Shown one piece after another: positions 41,241 through 51,921 of a stretch of 64,000 nucleotides of DNA (position 1 is the first letter of the stretch; every line of letters begins with the position of its first letter). The position numbers were made by a program, and so were the translations under genes. Location of the stretch: the NCBI GenBank assembly GCA_009859145.1, contig VRVR01000005.1, positions 426,153 to 490,152 of the forward strand, given 5' to 3'. Source of the DNA: Andalucia godoyi And28 (Eukaryota > Protista > Jakobida). The notes beneath the pieces were generated by a model. It saw only the letters and a program-made list of their open reading frames with translations, was not told where the DNA came from and did no database searches.

Positions 41241-43844
41241 ATGGATGCGTGTGTTCACCGTTGTCGGTTTGTGGACTGGGTGCCGTCGCCGATTGTCAGT
41301 ATTGTCGCGGCGACTCGTTTCCATGACCTGCTGTTTGCAGTCCGCGAATCAGGATCTCTGGAAACTTGGGCGCTGCACCGAGGGGCATGGTCGCTTCTTT
41401 CTTCACAACATCTCGGATCTGATATATCATCGATTGCGGTTTTTGAGTCGGGCGCTGTGATTCTGCTGTTTTCTGCTACTCTGCATGGAACCATCACGGC
41501 CCATTCTCTGCTGTTCGGGTCTCCTTTGTCGGATCCTGGTGCCGCGACGGCGTCTTTCGCCATGCCGGTGTCCAATGATGCATGGTCCACGGTGGATTCG
41601 TACGGAGGCGCAGTTTGGTCCATCTCGGTTTCTCCCGATGGCCGGAGCCTCGCAGCTGCGTGCGAAGACGGGTGTGTCCGCATCTTTGATGTTTCTGAAT
41701 TCACTAACAGCCACAATGCAAGAGCTGGCACTGCTAAACAACAGGGATATATCCGCCTTGCACGCACGATGGAACAGCAGGGATCGCGCATGTCTTGTGT
41801 GCAGTTCAGTCCTTCGGGTACATCGGTGGTCTCGGGAACCTCCAAGGGAGTGATCCACAAGTGGGACGTGTCAAATGGCCGTGCGTTGTGGAGAATGACA
41901 ACGACACAGAAGCACACTGCGGTAAGAGCTATTCATGTCTTGAATGACGAGGAGGAGACGGTTGTTTCAGGGGATGCGAAAGGAGCAACATGCTTCTGGG
42001 ACGGCAAGCACGGGACGCTGCTCAAGGCGTTCCAAAATCATGCGGCAGATGTCTTGTGCATTGCCTCGGCGATGGATGGGCAGTCAGTCTATGCAGCTGG
42101 TGTGGATAATGCTATTGTGCAGTTCACACACGTCTTGACACCAATCTCCACCGCAGCAGCAGGCGACAGCAACTCAAACAGCGGCAAATTCCCAACAGTC
42201 GGAATTGCTGGGAAATGGGTGTACTCTCACAAGAGAAGACCACACACACACGATGTGAGGGCGCTGGCTGTTGTTTCCTTGCCACAGTACGGAGATTTGA
42301 TTGTTTCTGGAGGTGTGGATGCCCAGATTTGCTGCACCGCCGCGCACACCTTCCATTCTCGATCTCGCCCAATCAAGGTCATGCCATATCCGAGATTTCC
42401 AACAATCCAGCTGGCGGCTTCTGCCCTGCGATTGGTATCCCACGACGACCATGCAATTGAGCTGTGGCAGCTTCCCAAGGCTTGGTTCCAGAAACCACAG
42501 CCATCAGCTGTGACACCGCAAAATGAGGAGCCAAATTCCTTCGGTGAGAATGCAAAGAAAAAATTGAAGAAGGGTTCGAAACAGAAGCGAGAAGAGGTGG
42601 ACCAGGATGTCCCTATGAAGGCACCGTCTGCTCCATCGTCTGCCTCCACCTCTGCACAGGCACAATTTGGAAAGGATAAGGACCAGCTTGCCGTGCTTGA
42701 GAGGCCAAAGTGCTTGGTGCGCCTTACCACCAAGGAATCCCGGGTGTTGTGCTGCGCAGTGGATTCGGCGTCACGCGTGATCGCCTATTCCACGATTCAC
42801 GGCACGCGCGTGATGATTGTGGAACTCGACGACCAAGAAGACCGTGTGTCTGTCAAGGAATTGTTCCTAAATGGCGATTCGGATTCAAAGCTTCCTTCTG
42901 CGATTGCTCTGAATGTATCTACATCTGGCTCTCGCATTGTGATTGGTGCTCCCAACTCATGCATTTACTCTTTTTCCGTACAAGAGAAGCAAGGCACGTC
43001 TGAAATTGCACTGAACGCGGTATTCAGCGAACATGCAGACGCTCATTTCGCATTGTTGAGCAATGCTACATTCTCAACTTCCGTCCCGTCCGCCAACCGT
43101 GGGATCAAGTCGGCGGCCGAGGAAGATCCCCTCGCTCTTTCTCTGAAAGGATGCGGAAATCGAATTGTTCGCATGACAATGAACGCATCAGGGACTCGCC
43201 TCGCATCCGTAGACACGAATAACCGGGGATTTGTGTTTGATCTGGAGCTGAACAAGGCTCTTTCGGAGCTTCCAAGGCTGGAACATCGCATTTCGGGACT
43301 CTCGTTTCATCCAGGGCCCGCACCGGTCATTGCACTGGCTTGCGCTTCCAACCACTTGTTCCTATTTGATTTCGGACAACACAGATTTACAGAATGGTCG
43401 CGAAGGAATTCAGAGAACATGCCGCAGCTATTCCTGAAACAACTGGATAAGGTTTTCGATGTGTCCTTCCATCCTGCGAAGCCGCATCTCGTTTTCTTGC
43501 ATGCGGTCGACTACTTTTGTGTCGTCGATACCTCCAAGGACTTTTCATTTGATCTGAAAGGTACCGCTTTCTGGGACGAAGCGTGGACCAGACCCGATCG
43601 GCCAGACCGGTCGGCCCGCGACCCTGATATGAGCTCCGGCGAAGAAGCCTTCAACGAAATCGATCGACGCGCGTCTGCTAAGGGCAAAGCGGTGGATGCT
43701 GCAGTCCGTCTGTTCAGAAGATTCCGTCCTCTGCTCTTGTTTGCGTTTGCGAGCGACCAAAACATTGTGGTGGTTGAGCGCTCTTGGCTCGATGTTCTCG
43801 CAAAGATGCCGGAAACGTTATATAGACATCGCTACGGAACCTGA
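41241..43844 (+). CDS. UTP4: U3 snoRNA-associated protein 4 (Cirhin), WD40
   Basis: VHRCRFVDWVPSPI, DSYGGAVWSI, VSGDAKG...FWDG..GTL, HTHDVRAL, VVVERSW and LYRHRYGT. Confidence 0.92.
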   Translation: MDACVHRCRFVDWVPSPIVSIVAATRFHDLLFAVRESGSLETWALHRGAWSLLSSQHLGSDISSIAVFESGAVILLFSATLHGTITAHSLLFGSPLSDPGAATASFAMPVSNDAWSTVDSYGGAVWSISVSPDGRSLAAACEDGCVRIFDVSEFTNSHNARAGTAKQQGYIRLARTMEQQGSRMSCVQFSPSGTSVVSGTSKGVIHKWDVSNGRALWRMTTTQKHTAVRAIHVLNDEEETVVSGDAKGATCFWDGKHGTLLKAFQNHAADVLCIASAMDGQSVYAAGVDNAIVQFTHVLTPISTAAAGDSNSNSGKFPTVGIAGKWVYSHKRRPHTHDVRALAVVSLPQYGDLIVSGGVDAQICCTAAHTFHSRSRPIKVMPYPRFPTIQLAASALRLVSHDDHAIELWQLPKAWFQKPQPSAVTPQNEEPNSFGENAKKKLKKGSKQKREEVDQDVPMKAPSAPSSASTSAQAQFGKDKDQLAVLERPKCLVRLTTKESRVLCCAVDSASRVIAYSTIHGTRVMIVELDDQEDRVSVKELFLNGDSDSKLPSAIALNVSTSGSRIVIGAPNSCIYSFSVQEKQGTSEIALNAVFSEHADAHFALLSNATFSTSVPSANRGIKSAAEEDPLALSLKGCGNRIVRMTMNASGTRLASVDTNNRGFVFDLELNKALSELPRLEHRISGLSFHPGPAPVIALACASNHLFLFDFGQHRFTEWSRRNSENMPQLFLKQLDKVFDVSFHPAKPHLVFLHAVDYFCVVDTSKDFSFDLKGTAFWDEAWTRPDRPDRSARDPDMSSGEEAFNEIDRRASAKGKAVDAAVRLFRRFRPLLLFAFASDQNIVVVERSWLDVLAKMPETLYRHRYGT

Positions 43845-44590
43845 GTTCTTTGTACGCAATCCCTTCTGCATAAACCCTCCGTTTCTTCTTTTGCATTCTT
43901 GCTGTCAACACCCTGCGCGACGAAGACGGCGCGGTGCTGTGCTGTGTGGCGTGAGACCCTGTTGCTGCGTTTAATTAACTGGCATTTTGTAGCTGCGGGT
44001 CCTTGCCTTATGATGAAAGGGGTTTCCTTCAATCAATTGTCTGTTTTCTTCTTCTTTTCTACCCCCCCCCCCCCCCCCCTTTTTATTTTATTTAAAAAAA
44101 TTCTGTCGGTTTATTCATCAGAGAGACTTAAATTGTCTGCCGTCGTGCAATCTGTGTCAGGCTTGATTATACGCAGCGCTCGTGCTTGTGAAGGCCGTGC
44201 CGTGCTCGGATTAAATGCCACAGACACTCCAGTTTCACAAGGCTTCGGAAATCTGCCGACCCTCCCGCACGACAGCAGGGCAACAGGGCAGCACGAAAAG
44301 CAAATCGCATGAATAGCAAAACAAAAAAATTATTTAAAAAAATGGAAGACGATGTCGAAGCGTTATTGAACGTATACGTGCCGCTGATTAATAACACGTC
44401 ATTGTTATGCACACGGAAGTATACATCAACAGACACGGTCAATACTGGCCGATACTAGCACGTTTGTTTCACAGGGAATTTGTTCTTATGCACGCTCGGC
44501 CAAAATTCAGCCAGTGGCACAGGCTCCGCGTTTTCGACACTCTTTAACGCAGCATCCGTAGCCATCTATTCTATCATTCGTTGGTTTCTC

Positions 44591-44900
44591 TTTTTGCAAC
44601 GTTTGTGCCATAAGGTGACCGAGTATCGCGAGCGCCATGTTGCCATCGTGACGGAGGAGTACACGTCCAAAGCGTGCGGGCGCTGCGGCGAGATCCATGC
44701 ACGTCGAGGCGGAAGCAGCAAAGTGTTTGCATGTCCCTCGTGCAGCTCGCAGATTGATCGAGATTGGGAACGGAGCGCGGAACATTTATCTGAAGAACGC
44801 CGTGAGGCGTGTTGGGGCCTATCCCCTTCCTGGCAACAGGATGCAAGATTGAATATGCATGTCTATTCGTAGATATGCATGTTCAGTGTATAATGTAGGC
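44591..44900 (+). mobile_element. Decayed TnpB/Fanzor2-like element, copy A (3' part of ORF plus candidate right end)
   Basis: FLQRLCHKVTEY...IVTEEYTSKACGRCG...KVFACPSC...DRDW, then after one extra G at 44768, NGARNIYLKNAVRRVGAYPLP. This is the RuvC Glu, CxxC/CxxC zinc ribbon and RuvC-III DRDxNxAxNI pattern. Confidence 0.88.
44806..44900 (+). ncRNA. Candidate omegaRNA scaffold (3' part) of Fanzor2-like copy A
   Basis: A 25-nt block shared with copy D, a 15-bp hairpin at 44851-44884 with two G-U pairs and a TTCG loop, and a terminal AGTGTATAATGTAGGC whose GTAGGC can pair with the upstream GCCTAT. Confidence 0.55.
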
Positions 44901-45302
44901 GTGCATCCAGCAAAACACGCAGAGTGGGTGATTCGTCGCGTTCCGGACTGTTCTGCTCACACGTCAATGCCTCGTCAATTCCCCAAACACTTTCTGGGGA
45001 CTTGAAGGTGCTTGTCTGTCACGTTTGCAATCGCGATTCCCTCAATAGGAAGTTACATGAGTAATGCAGTGATTGCGGAACGACGTCCTATCCCTGATGG
45101 AACGTCGATCGATCTTTACATTGGAATGTTCTTTTGCACCAAGTGAACGCCCAGTTTCGTGCGACCAATCCGAATCTCATGATCAAACACCGAGTACATA
45201 ACGTAAATCATTTCCCGGAAGATTCTCATGCATATTTTTTTTAAAATTAAAATTGTTCATCCCCGTTTTCTCTATTTACACAAAGCGACGCAAGAACAAT
45301 CC

Positions 45303-47813
45303 ATGATCGGCACAGCTACGGGAGGTGGTGCAGGACACCCCTGTCGAGGTAACGGGTCTCCGGATCCCCGGCCCACAGGAATGCTTGCACGAGTCTTGTG
45401 TGCAGTGGGTCTTGCAGCACTCGCCATTGCATGTTTGTTTGCATCGGGAGGGTTTCCGCAGCGCCGGGGAGAATCGCCGGGTACAGTCAGCAGCACGGGA
45501 ACCGCTGGCTCTCTGCAGCTGACGTGGATGACCAGTGGGGCTTCCGGCGTGCGCCAACAGTCTGTCGTTCGTGAACAGCGGCGGGCCAAGCCGAGCACCG
45601 CCGACCATCGCGTACCCGTCGTCAATGCAGCTGTTTCGACGATTTCGAGGACACTGGCCAGCGCAAACTATTTCGAGGTCTTTGATTCCAAGTCAGGTTC
45701 GTACGCGAAGATCTACTTGCATGGTGCGAATATCGGTCTCTCCACGCCGGGCCATGACCCTGGTGCTATTTCGCTGACGTACGACGACTGCTTGCGGTAC
45801 TTTGGATACATTCGGGATCTCCATATGAACGCAATCCGCGTGTACATCCTCGTCAACACGGATTTTTACAGAGCCCTTCGAGATCACAACACCATCTTGC
45901 ATCCGGAACACCCAATCTATCTTGTGCAGGGAATCTGGAGTCCAGAGGACGAAAAGTTTGCTGCGTCTGCCAAAAACGGAGGGAATGGAGCAGACGTCTG
46001 GGACAGCGCCATCACCGCCAAGTTCGAATTTGAAGTCGACAACACCGTCCGGGCCGTTCACGGGAACTTTTCGACGCGGCCATACCCTGGCCAGCCCGGA
46101 GGCGACTTCACTGCGGACGTCAGTCCGTGGACAATCGCGTGGATTATCGGTTCTGAATGGGACCCAAGTTCCGTCATCTACACCAACCAAGTTCACACCC
46201 CAAACTCCGTGCGCCAGGAATTAAGGTTTTTGGCAGTTCCCGACACACCGTCAGTAACGGCATTTGACTGGTGGCTGGCCCGCATAGCAGAACGAACTGC
46301 AGCACTTGACAACACATACGGCACCCAGAGGGCACTCGGATTTATGAACTGGGTCTCTACGGACTGGATTTCGCATCCTGACGATGCTGCCGAAGACCGA
46401 GTTACCGTCGACCCAACGCACATTCTGGCCACAGACCTGTGGACTGGAGGCGTCTTTGCCACTGTGAACGCATATCCGTACTATCCGGATGCCATCAAAT
46501 GGGAAGGATATGAAGCATATCTGAAGCGCCTCAAGGCAGCACTGAACGGGAAGATGGCTCTGATGATCTCAGAGGACGGACTGCCGACGTCTCTGGGGAT
46601 GGCTCACGAGGGTCCGGACGGGCGGAACCACGGGCACGTTCACGAGGGTGTTCAGGGTGTGGAGATCGTGAAGATGATGGGTGCAGTGCGAGACAACGGA
46701 TACGTTGGTTTCTTTGTGTTCTCCCTTGTCGACGAATGGTTCAAGCGAACTTGGAACGTGATGTCGCTGGAAATACCAGCTGAAAACAGGCGGAAATGGC
46801 TCAATGTACTGTCAGCAGAACAGCTGTTCGGCATTGTCGCCGCCGAGCCAGCAAACGCCGTCTATGTTGACGGGATTTGCGACAGCCAGTGGCAGAACCG
46901 CACTTCGCTCTCTGTCTCGAATGACGAAAACGTTCGCATTACCTCGGACGAAGGGTACATATACATTTCGATTCGGAATGCGGGGGCCCTGGGGAGCCGA
47001 TTCTCCATCGGACTTGAAGTGAATCCCAACAATGGTGCACAGGTTGGCACACTGCACGGTCGCCACGAAGATCCCAGCGCGCTTCAGCAGTCTCTGCGTT
47101 TCTCAAAGCCCGTCGACATCATCATTGACTATTCCTCGACTTCCAATTCGCTAATTTTGTATGCCCACAGTTCTCTGGACTTCTTCTCCAGAGCACACAG
47201 TGAGGAATACGGCTGGCCCATGTACCTCGGGCCACAAGATTTCACAGTCTACACAATTGCAGCCACGATTCCACGGATGGAGGGCTCCAAGGGAATCCTC
47301 CATCCTGCAAAAGCCGATCATGCCGGAGAAATGACACGCGGCACAACGAATCCCAACGATAATTCATTCTCGAATCTTGCACTGTGGAACATCCAAGGTG
47401 CGGGTTGTTTTGAAGCACGCATTCCATGGGCAATGGCAGGCGTCGCGGATCCAAGTTCCAAACAGGGATACTTCATACAAGGAGTGGGAAGAGGTGGCAG
47501 CGTGCCGCTGAGCTATTCGTTGGCAAACGGAATCGGTGTCGAAGTTGTTTCCGCAACGAACCCAACAAGCACGTCTCTGCAGTACAACTGGGAAGCCTGG
47601 GACGCTCCGAACTTTATCGAAAGGAAGAAGAAGTCCTTTTCCATCATCAGCGATTACATCGCGAAAGACCTGGGGATTGGAGCGGCTGACGGTGGTGACG
47701 AGGGAGGAGGACAGCAAGCACCGAACCCATCCCCGAGTGCTTCCAACTCAGCTACCATGATCTTGTCCCTTGCATCCGTGATCGTCAGTTCGCTGCTGGT
47801 TCTCCTGATGTAA
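45303..47813 (+). CDS. Secreted or membrane-anchored glycoside-hydrolase-like protein of bacterial type
   Basis: Hydrophobic N-terminus (alternative ATG 45381), GANIGLSTPGHDPG, NAIRVY, IYLVQGIW, GSEWDP, YPYYPD, ISEDGLP and DEWFKRTWN, plus a GPI-like hydrophobic C-terminus. Confidence 0.7.
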   Translation: MIGTATGGGAGHPCRGNGSPDPRPTGMLARVLCAVGLAALAIACLFASGGFPQRRGESPGTVSSTGTAGSLQLTWMTSGASGVRQQSVVREQRRAKPSTADHRVPVVNAAVSTISRTLASANYFEVFDSKSGSYAKIYLHGANIGLSTPGHDPGAISLTYDDCLRYFGYIRDLHMNAIRVYILVNTDFYRALRDHNTILHPEHPIYLVQGIWSPEDEKFAASAKNGGNGADVWDSAITAKFEFEVDNTVRAVHGNFSTRPYPGQPGGDFTADVSPWTIAWIIGSEWDPSSVIYTNQVHTPNSVRQELRFLAVPDTPSVTAFDWWLARIAERTAALDNTYGTQRALGFMNWVSTDWISHPDDAAEDRVTVDPTHILATDLWTGGVFATVNAYPYYPDAIKWEGYEAYLKRLKAALNGKMALMISEDGLPTSLGMAHEGPDGRNHGHVHEGVQGVEIVKMMGAVRDNGYVGFFVFSLVDEWFKRTWNVMSLEIPAENRRKWLNVLSAEQLFGIVAAEPANAVYVDGICDSQWQNRTSLSVSNDENVRITSDEGYIYISIRNAGALGSRFSIGLEVNPNNGAQVGTLHGRHEDPSALQQSLRFSKPVDIIIDYSSTSNSLILYAHSSLDFFSRAHSEEYGWPMYLGPQDFTVYTIAATIPRMEGSKGILHPAKADHAGEMTRGTTNPNDNSFSNLALWNIQGAGCFEARIPWAMAGVADPSSKQGYFIQGVGRGGSVPLSYSLANGIGVEVVSATNPTSTSLQYNWEAWDAPNFIERKKKSFSIISDYIAKDLGIGAADGGDEGGGQQAPNPSPSASNSATMILSLASVIVSSLLVLLM

Positions 47814-48345
47814 AAGACACATTCGAATCAGTAGAATTTCTCACATCATGATGTTTCCTGCGTTTCGTAAAGCTCATTTTCTGATCGCCAGGCCTTCCAA
47901 CCTTTTCATCCTCGACTGGGACCACCGCCACGCAATCTTTTGCCATGCGAATCTGCTTTCTGTGCCTGCGCTCCATCTCATCTTCGTCGTTGTCGTCGTC
48001 TTCAAAAACTACTGGCTTCTCCCGAATGCGCAATACCTGAGCCGCCTGATGCGACAATCCAGGCTTGTCCGAAGCCGTCGAAAAAAAGAACGATGGCACA
48101 GACGGTACCAATACGGTGGATGACGACGCGGACGATGCGGGTGAGGAGAAGGGTACGGTGGAAGATGAGGAACCATCTTGGAAGAATGGGGGCGATTTAG
48201 AAGAAGCCGTGTGCCCAGCCGCCGTACGTAACTTTCCGTATAGTGCCTCCACAAACAACTGTTGATCCAGAAGGGCAGATGTCTGTGGATCAAAAGAAGC
48301 ATCTAAATGTCGCTTTGCGTCTCGAAGCGTTGGGCCATACATCAT
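47785..48345 (-). CDS. Hypothetical protein
   Basis: 186 aa ATG-initiated ORF with Ser-rich and acidic tracts, overlapping the last codons of the convergent GH-like gene. Confidence 0.4.
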   Translation of the reverse strand: MMYGPTLRDAKRHLDASFDPQTSALLDQQLFVEALYGKLRTAAGHTASSKSPPFFQDGSSSSTVPFSSPASSASSSTVLVPSVPSFFFSTASDKPGLSHQAAQVLRIREKPVVFEDDDNDEDEMERRHRKQIRMAKDCVAVVPVEDEKVGRPGDQKMSFTKRRKHHDVRNSTDSNVSFTSGEPAAN

Positions 48346-48760
48346 TCACAGACCATCGCTATATCAACCCAAGCTTTCTTCTTTCTTTCGCCCCCAGCTC
48401 AATAAACAAATCCCAAACCAATGATGAATAATAATAATTAAAAAAACTCAGTCCAAATCCCAAATCAAAGGAATCATTATCCAAACAACCATAAGGACCT
48501 CTGGCGTCGTGCTACTCAAGCATTTGAGTGGGCTGGCTCGCTTGCGTGCAAATAAGGGGAAAAAAACCCTTGTGAGTCCGTTTTTGTATTGTGCAGGCGT
48601 GCTGTGTGAACCCTAGTTTCTGATGCTTGTCTCGTTTTTTCGTGCAAAACAGAAAACCGGGGGAAATAAAACAATATTGAGCAAGATCTGTTTCTTATTG
48701 TCCAATTTTTTTTCACATTCTTTTCCCATTGGTTTTTTGTTTTTTGTTTTCTTCTTCATT

Positions 48761-48866
<106 letters not shown>

Positions 48867-48886
48867 ATCTCTTCTGTGTGTTCGAA

Positions 48887-50326
48887 ATGGCAGTTTCTGG
48901 TGCCCTGCGCAGGTCTGTCCTTCGCACGGCTCCGCGCTCGTTGTTTTCGACTGCGCCTCCAACTGCAGCATCCACCACACCCGCAGCACCAGCGGCACCA
49001 GCGGCACCCGTAAAGACAAAGTTTGGCGACTTGTCGGATGAAGATCGTATTTTCACGAATCTCTATGGGGAGCGCGACGTGTACATTGAGGGGGCTCTGA
49101 AGCGTGGAGACTGGTACCGGACCAAGGACCTGCTTTCCAAGGGAGTGGACTGGATTTTGGGCGAAATGAAGGCGTCAGGACTTCGCGGTCGTGGAGGTGC
49201 TGGATTCCCCTCTGGTTTGAAATGGTCGTTTATGCCCAAGGTTTCCGATGGTCGTCCCTCGTATCTAGTCGTGAACGCAGACGAGTCGGAGCCAGGCACG
49301 TGCAAGGATCGTGAGATTATGCGCCATGACCCACACAAGCTTGTGGAGGGCTGCTTGGTTGCCGGCTTTGCAATGCGCGCCAAAGCTGCCTACATTTACA
49401 TCCGCGGTGAATTCTACAATGAGGCGTTGGTGCTGGAAAAGGCAGTCGCCGAAGCATACGCAAAGGGGTTTCTGGGTAAGAACGCCTGTGGCAGTGGATA
49501 CGACTTTGATGTGTACATCCATCGTGGAGCAGGTGCGTACATCTGCGGAGAAGAAACTGCACTCATCGAATCCCTTGAAGGCAAGCAAGGCAAGCCCCGT
49601 CTGAAGCCGCCATTTCCCGCGAACGTTGGGCTGTACGGATGCCCGACCACCGTTACAAACGTGGAGACGGTGGCGGTTTCCCCAACGATCCTGCGCCGCG
49701 GGTCATCCTGGTTTGCGTCGTTTGGCCGCAAGAATAATGCGGGTACCAAGTTGTTTGCAATTTCAGGACATGTGAACCGACCGTGTGTCGTGGAAGAGGA
49801 GATGTCTATTCCGCTGCGAGAGCTCATTGAAAAGCATGCAGGTGGTGTTCGCGGTGGATGGGACAATCTGCTGGCCGTCATTCCTGGGGGTTCTTCTGTG
49901 CCGCTGCTGCCAAGGAAGGTCTGCGACGACGTTCTCATGGACTTTGATGCGCTTCGAGACGTGCGCTCCGGTCTTGGAACCGCTGCTGTCATGGTCATGG
50001 ACAAGTCGACCGATGTTGTCAAGGCCATCGCACGCCTATCAAAGTTCTATAAGCACGAATCCTGCGGACAGTGTACTCCGTGCCGAGAGGGTACTGGCTG
50101 GCTGATGAACCTCATGGACCGCATGGTTGCCGGAAATGCTGAAATGGAGGAAATCGATATGCTGGAGGAGGTCTCGAGACAAATCGAAGGACACACCATT
50201 TGCGCTCTCGGTGATGCTGCTGCATGGCCCGTGCAAGGCCTTATCCGCCACTTCCGTCCGGAAATGGAGGCTCGCATCCGTCAATACAAGACGAGCCAAC
50301 AGGCCACCTTGTCTGCAAAGCACTGA
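48887..50326 (+). CDS. NDUFV1: NADH:ubiquinone oxidoreductase 51 kDa flavoprotein subunit with mitochondrial presequence
   Basis: ATG 48887 ([10 protein letters not shown]). [57 protein letters not shown] and HTICALGD. Confidence 0.98.
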   Translation: MAVSGALRRSVLRTAPRSLFSTAPPTAASTTPAAPAAPAAPVKTKFGDLSDEDRIFTNLYGERDVYIEGALKRGDWYRTKDLLSKGVDWILGEMKASGLRGRGGAGFPSGLKWSFMPKVSDGRPSYLVVNADESEPGTCKDREIMRHDPHKLVEGCLVAGFAMRAKAAYIYIRGEFYNEALVLEKAVAEAYAKGFLGKNACGSGYDFDVYIHRGAGAYICGEETALIESLEGKQGKPRLKPPFPANVGLYGCPTTVTNVETVAVSPTILRRGSSWFASFGRKNNAGTKLFAISGHVNRPCVVEEEMSIPLRELIEKHAGGVRGGWDNLLAVIPGGSSVPLLPRKVCDDVLMDFDALRDVRSGLGTAAVMVMDKSTDVVKAIARLSKFYKHESCGQCTPCREGTGWLMNLMDRMVAGNAEMEEIDMLEEVSRQIEGHTICALGDAAAWPVQGLIRHFRPEMEARIRQYKTSQQATLSAKH

Positions 50327-50712
50327 GACACATATGCACAATGAACACAATACAATTACAAGAATGAAAAGACAAACAGTACCATGACCCATGTTTCTTT
50401 CCGGATTCTTTTTTCCAATTTTTTATTAAAAAGATATTGTTCCCTGTGTCATGTCATTTCCATATCATATCTGCAAGAGTGTTCGTGCGGGTGGTTTGAC
50501 CAACTGCGAAGGCTAGGCCAGAGACACTGCGAAAAAAACGACGGGGGACTTTTAATTCTGTGCATTGGAATACATTGATGAACACGACAACGCAAACGCA
50601 GAGCTAGAAAAGCAATAATAACAATTATCATCATCATCATTATTAATAAACAGAAGAAGAAAAAAGAAAGAAATAAGCCACAGTGTGTACAAATTTGCGA
50701 GTGGATGTCCAA

Positions 50713-51342
50713 TTACATGAAATCATCATCAAGCGACCTGCCGGCGTTTTCCCTGTTGGACATCATACGGTCCTCATCATTGAACATTCCTTGATAGTTC
50801 TTTTGTGCTGCCAGTTTCCTACCTTCCTCGATCCTTTTTTTTTCTTCGTCCTTCTCCTTTAGCCTTTGTTGATGCTCAGCCTCTCTCTGACGCCTGTCGC
50901 GATCGATCCGTTCTTGTGCAAGATTCGGGAACTTCTCTTCCTTTGTCTTGTTAAGCCGCTTCAGGGCTTCCTTGTCTGCCTCCACCGGGCCCAAATATCG
51001 CACAAGTCTGCCATTATGAAACGAAACCTGTCCAACTTCCATATCTCCAGTCTTTTTCAAATTCGACGCCGGCGTGTACACCACGCGAACCGACGCTTCC
51101 TTGCAGCCCTTGATGGAATTAGCCTTGGTGAGCTGTGCACATTCCGCAACCACCGAATCCGGAATTCCATCAAACGTCTCTCCCTCTCGTAATCGGACAT
51201 AGACGTGCGCAGAAGATAGGTTGTCGACATGAAACCAAATGTCTTCCGGCCACGCATGCTTTATCAATTCCTCATTTTCAAACTTGTCTTTGCCCATATA
51301 ATACATGTAGCCTGTCTCACTCGACACGAAGAAGAACACCAT
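50713..51342 (-). CDS. CCDC25: CCDC25 (NFACT RNA-binding domain protein)
   Basis: MVFFF...[61 protein letters not shown] and C-terminal DDDFM. Confidence 0.92.
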   Translation of the reverse strand: MVFFFVSSETGYMYYMGKDKFENEELIKHAWPEDIWFHVDNLSSAHVYVRLREGETFDGIPDSVVAECAQLTKANSIKGCKEASVRVVYTPASNLKKTGDMEVGQVSFHNGRLVRYLGPVEADKEALKRLNKTKEEKFPNLAQERIDRDRRQREAEHQQRLKEKDEEKKRIEEGRKLAAQKNYQGMFNDEDRMMSNRENAGRSLDDDFM

Positions 51343-51921
51343 GATACCGCGCGCTGATGCAAAAAAGAGAGGACTGTCCTCAACGTAACGAAACACAAAA
51401 AGCAACGGAAGAAGAGCTGCAAAATCAAAAATAATAATGAATACAAATGAAATCAATTGCACGGGTCGGTTTTGTGCGAGCTTTGCGGAGGGCAGCGGTT
51501 TCTTGCATCAATTCGTGTTCGGTGGTATCACTCCATTCCATTTTCTCTGGTTTCCTCAACAGCATTCCCAAATACAGTCCTCAAACGCATAACAACTCTC
51601 CGCGCATTTTTTGGGCTCGCATGCTGCTGCGCCTTGGACATATATATATTTGAAATAAAATGACTTTTCCAGATCAGCACGGACACCCATCCAATGAAAA
51701 CCTTTGAGTGGGACATCCGTGGGGTCTGAGCATCCATACAGAAACAGTCCATTTTTCGTCGGAGGTCGACGGCTGTCAACTCAGCCCTACTGTCCGATAA
51801 AATCACGACCGTCCACAAGACGTTTGGGTTGGAGGGTAGTAACACGCAAAGAGATTGAGGTTTTTTTCATTTTCAAAGTGTTTTTCATTTGGGTCTTCTT
51901 TTTTCCTCCCTTCGTCTTCAA

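Noticed and set aside
44901-45225. Continuation of the Fanzor element or a TnpA recombinase next to copy A
   Set aside because: No serine-recombinase (YARVS) or HUH motif in any frame, only short stop-broken frames.
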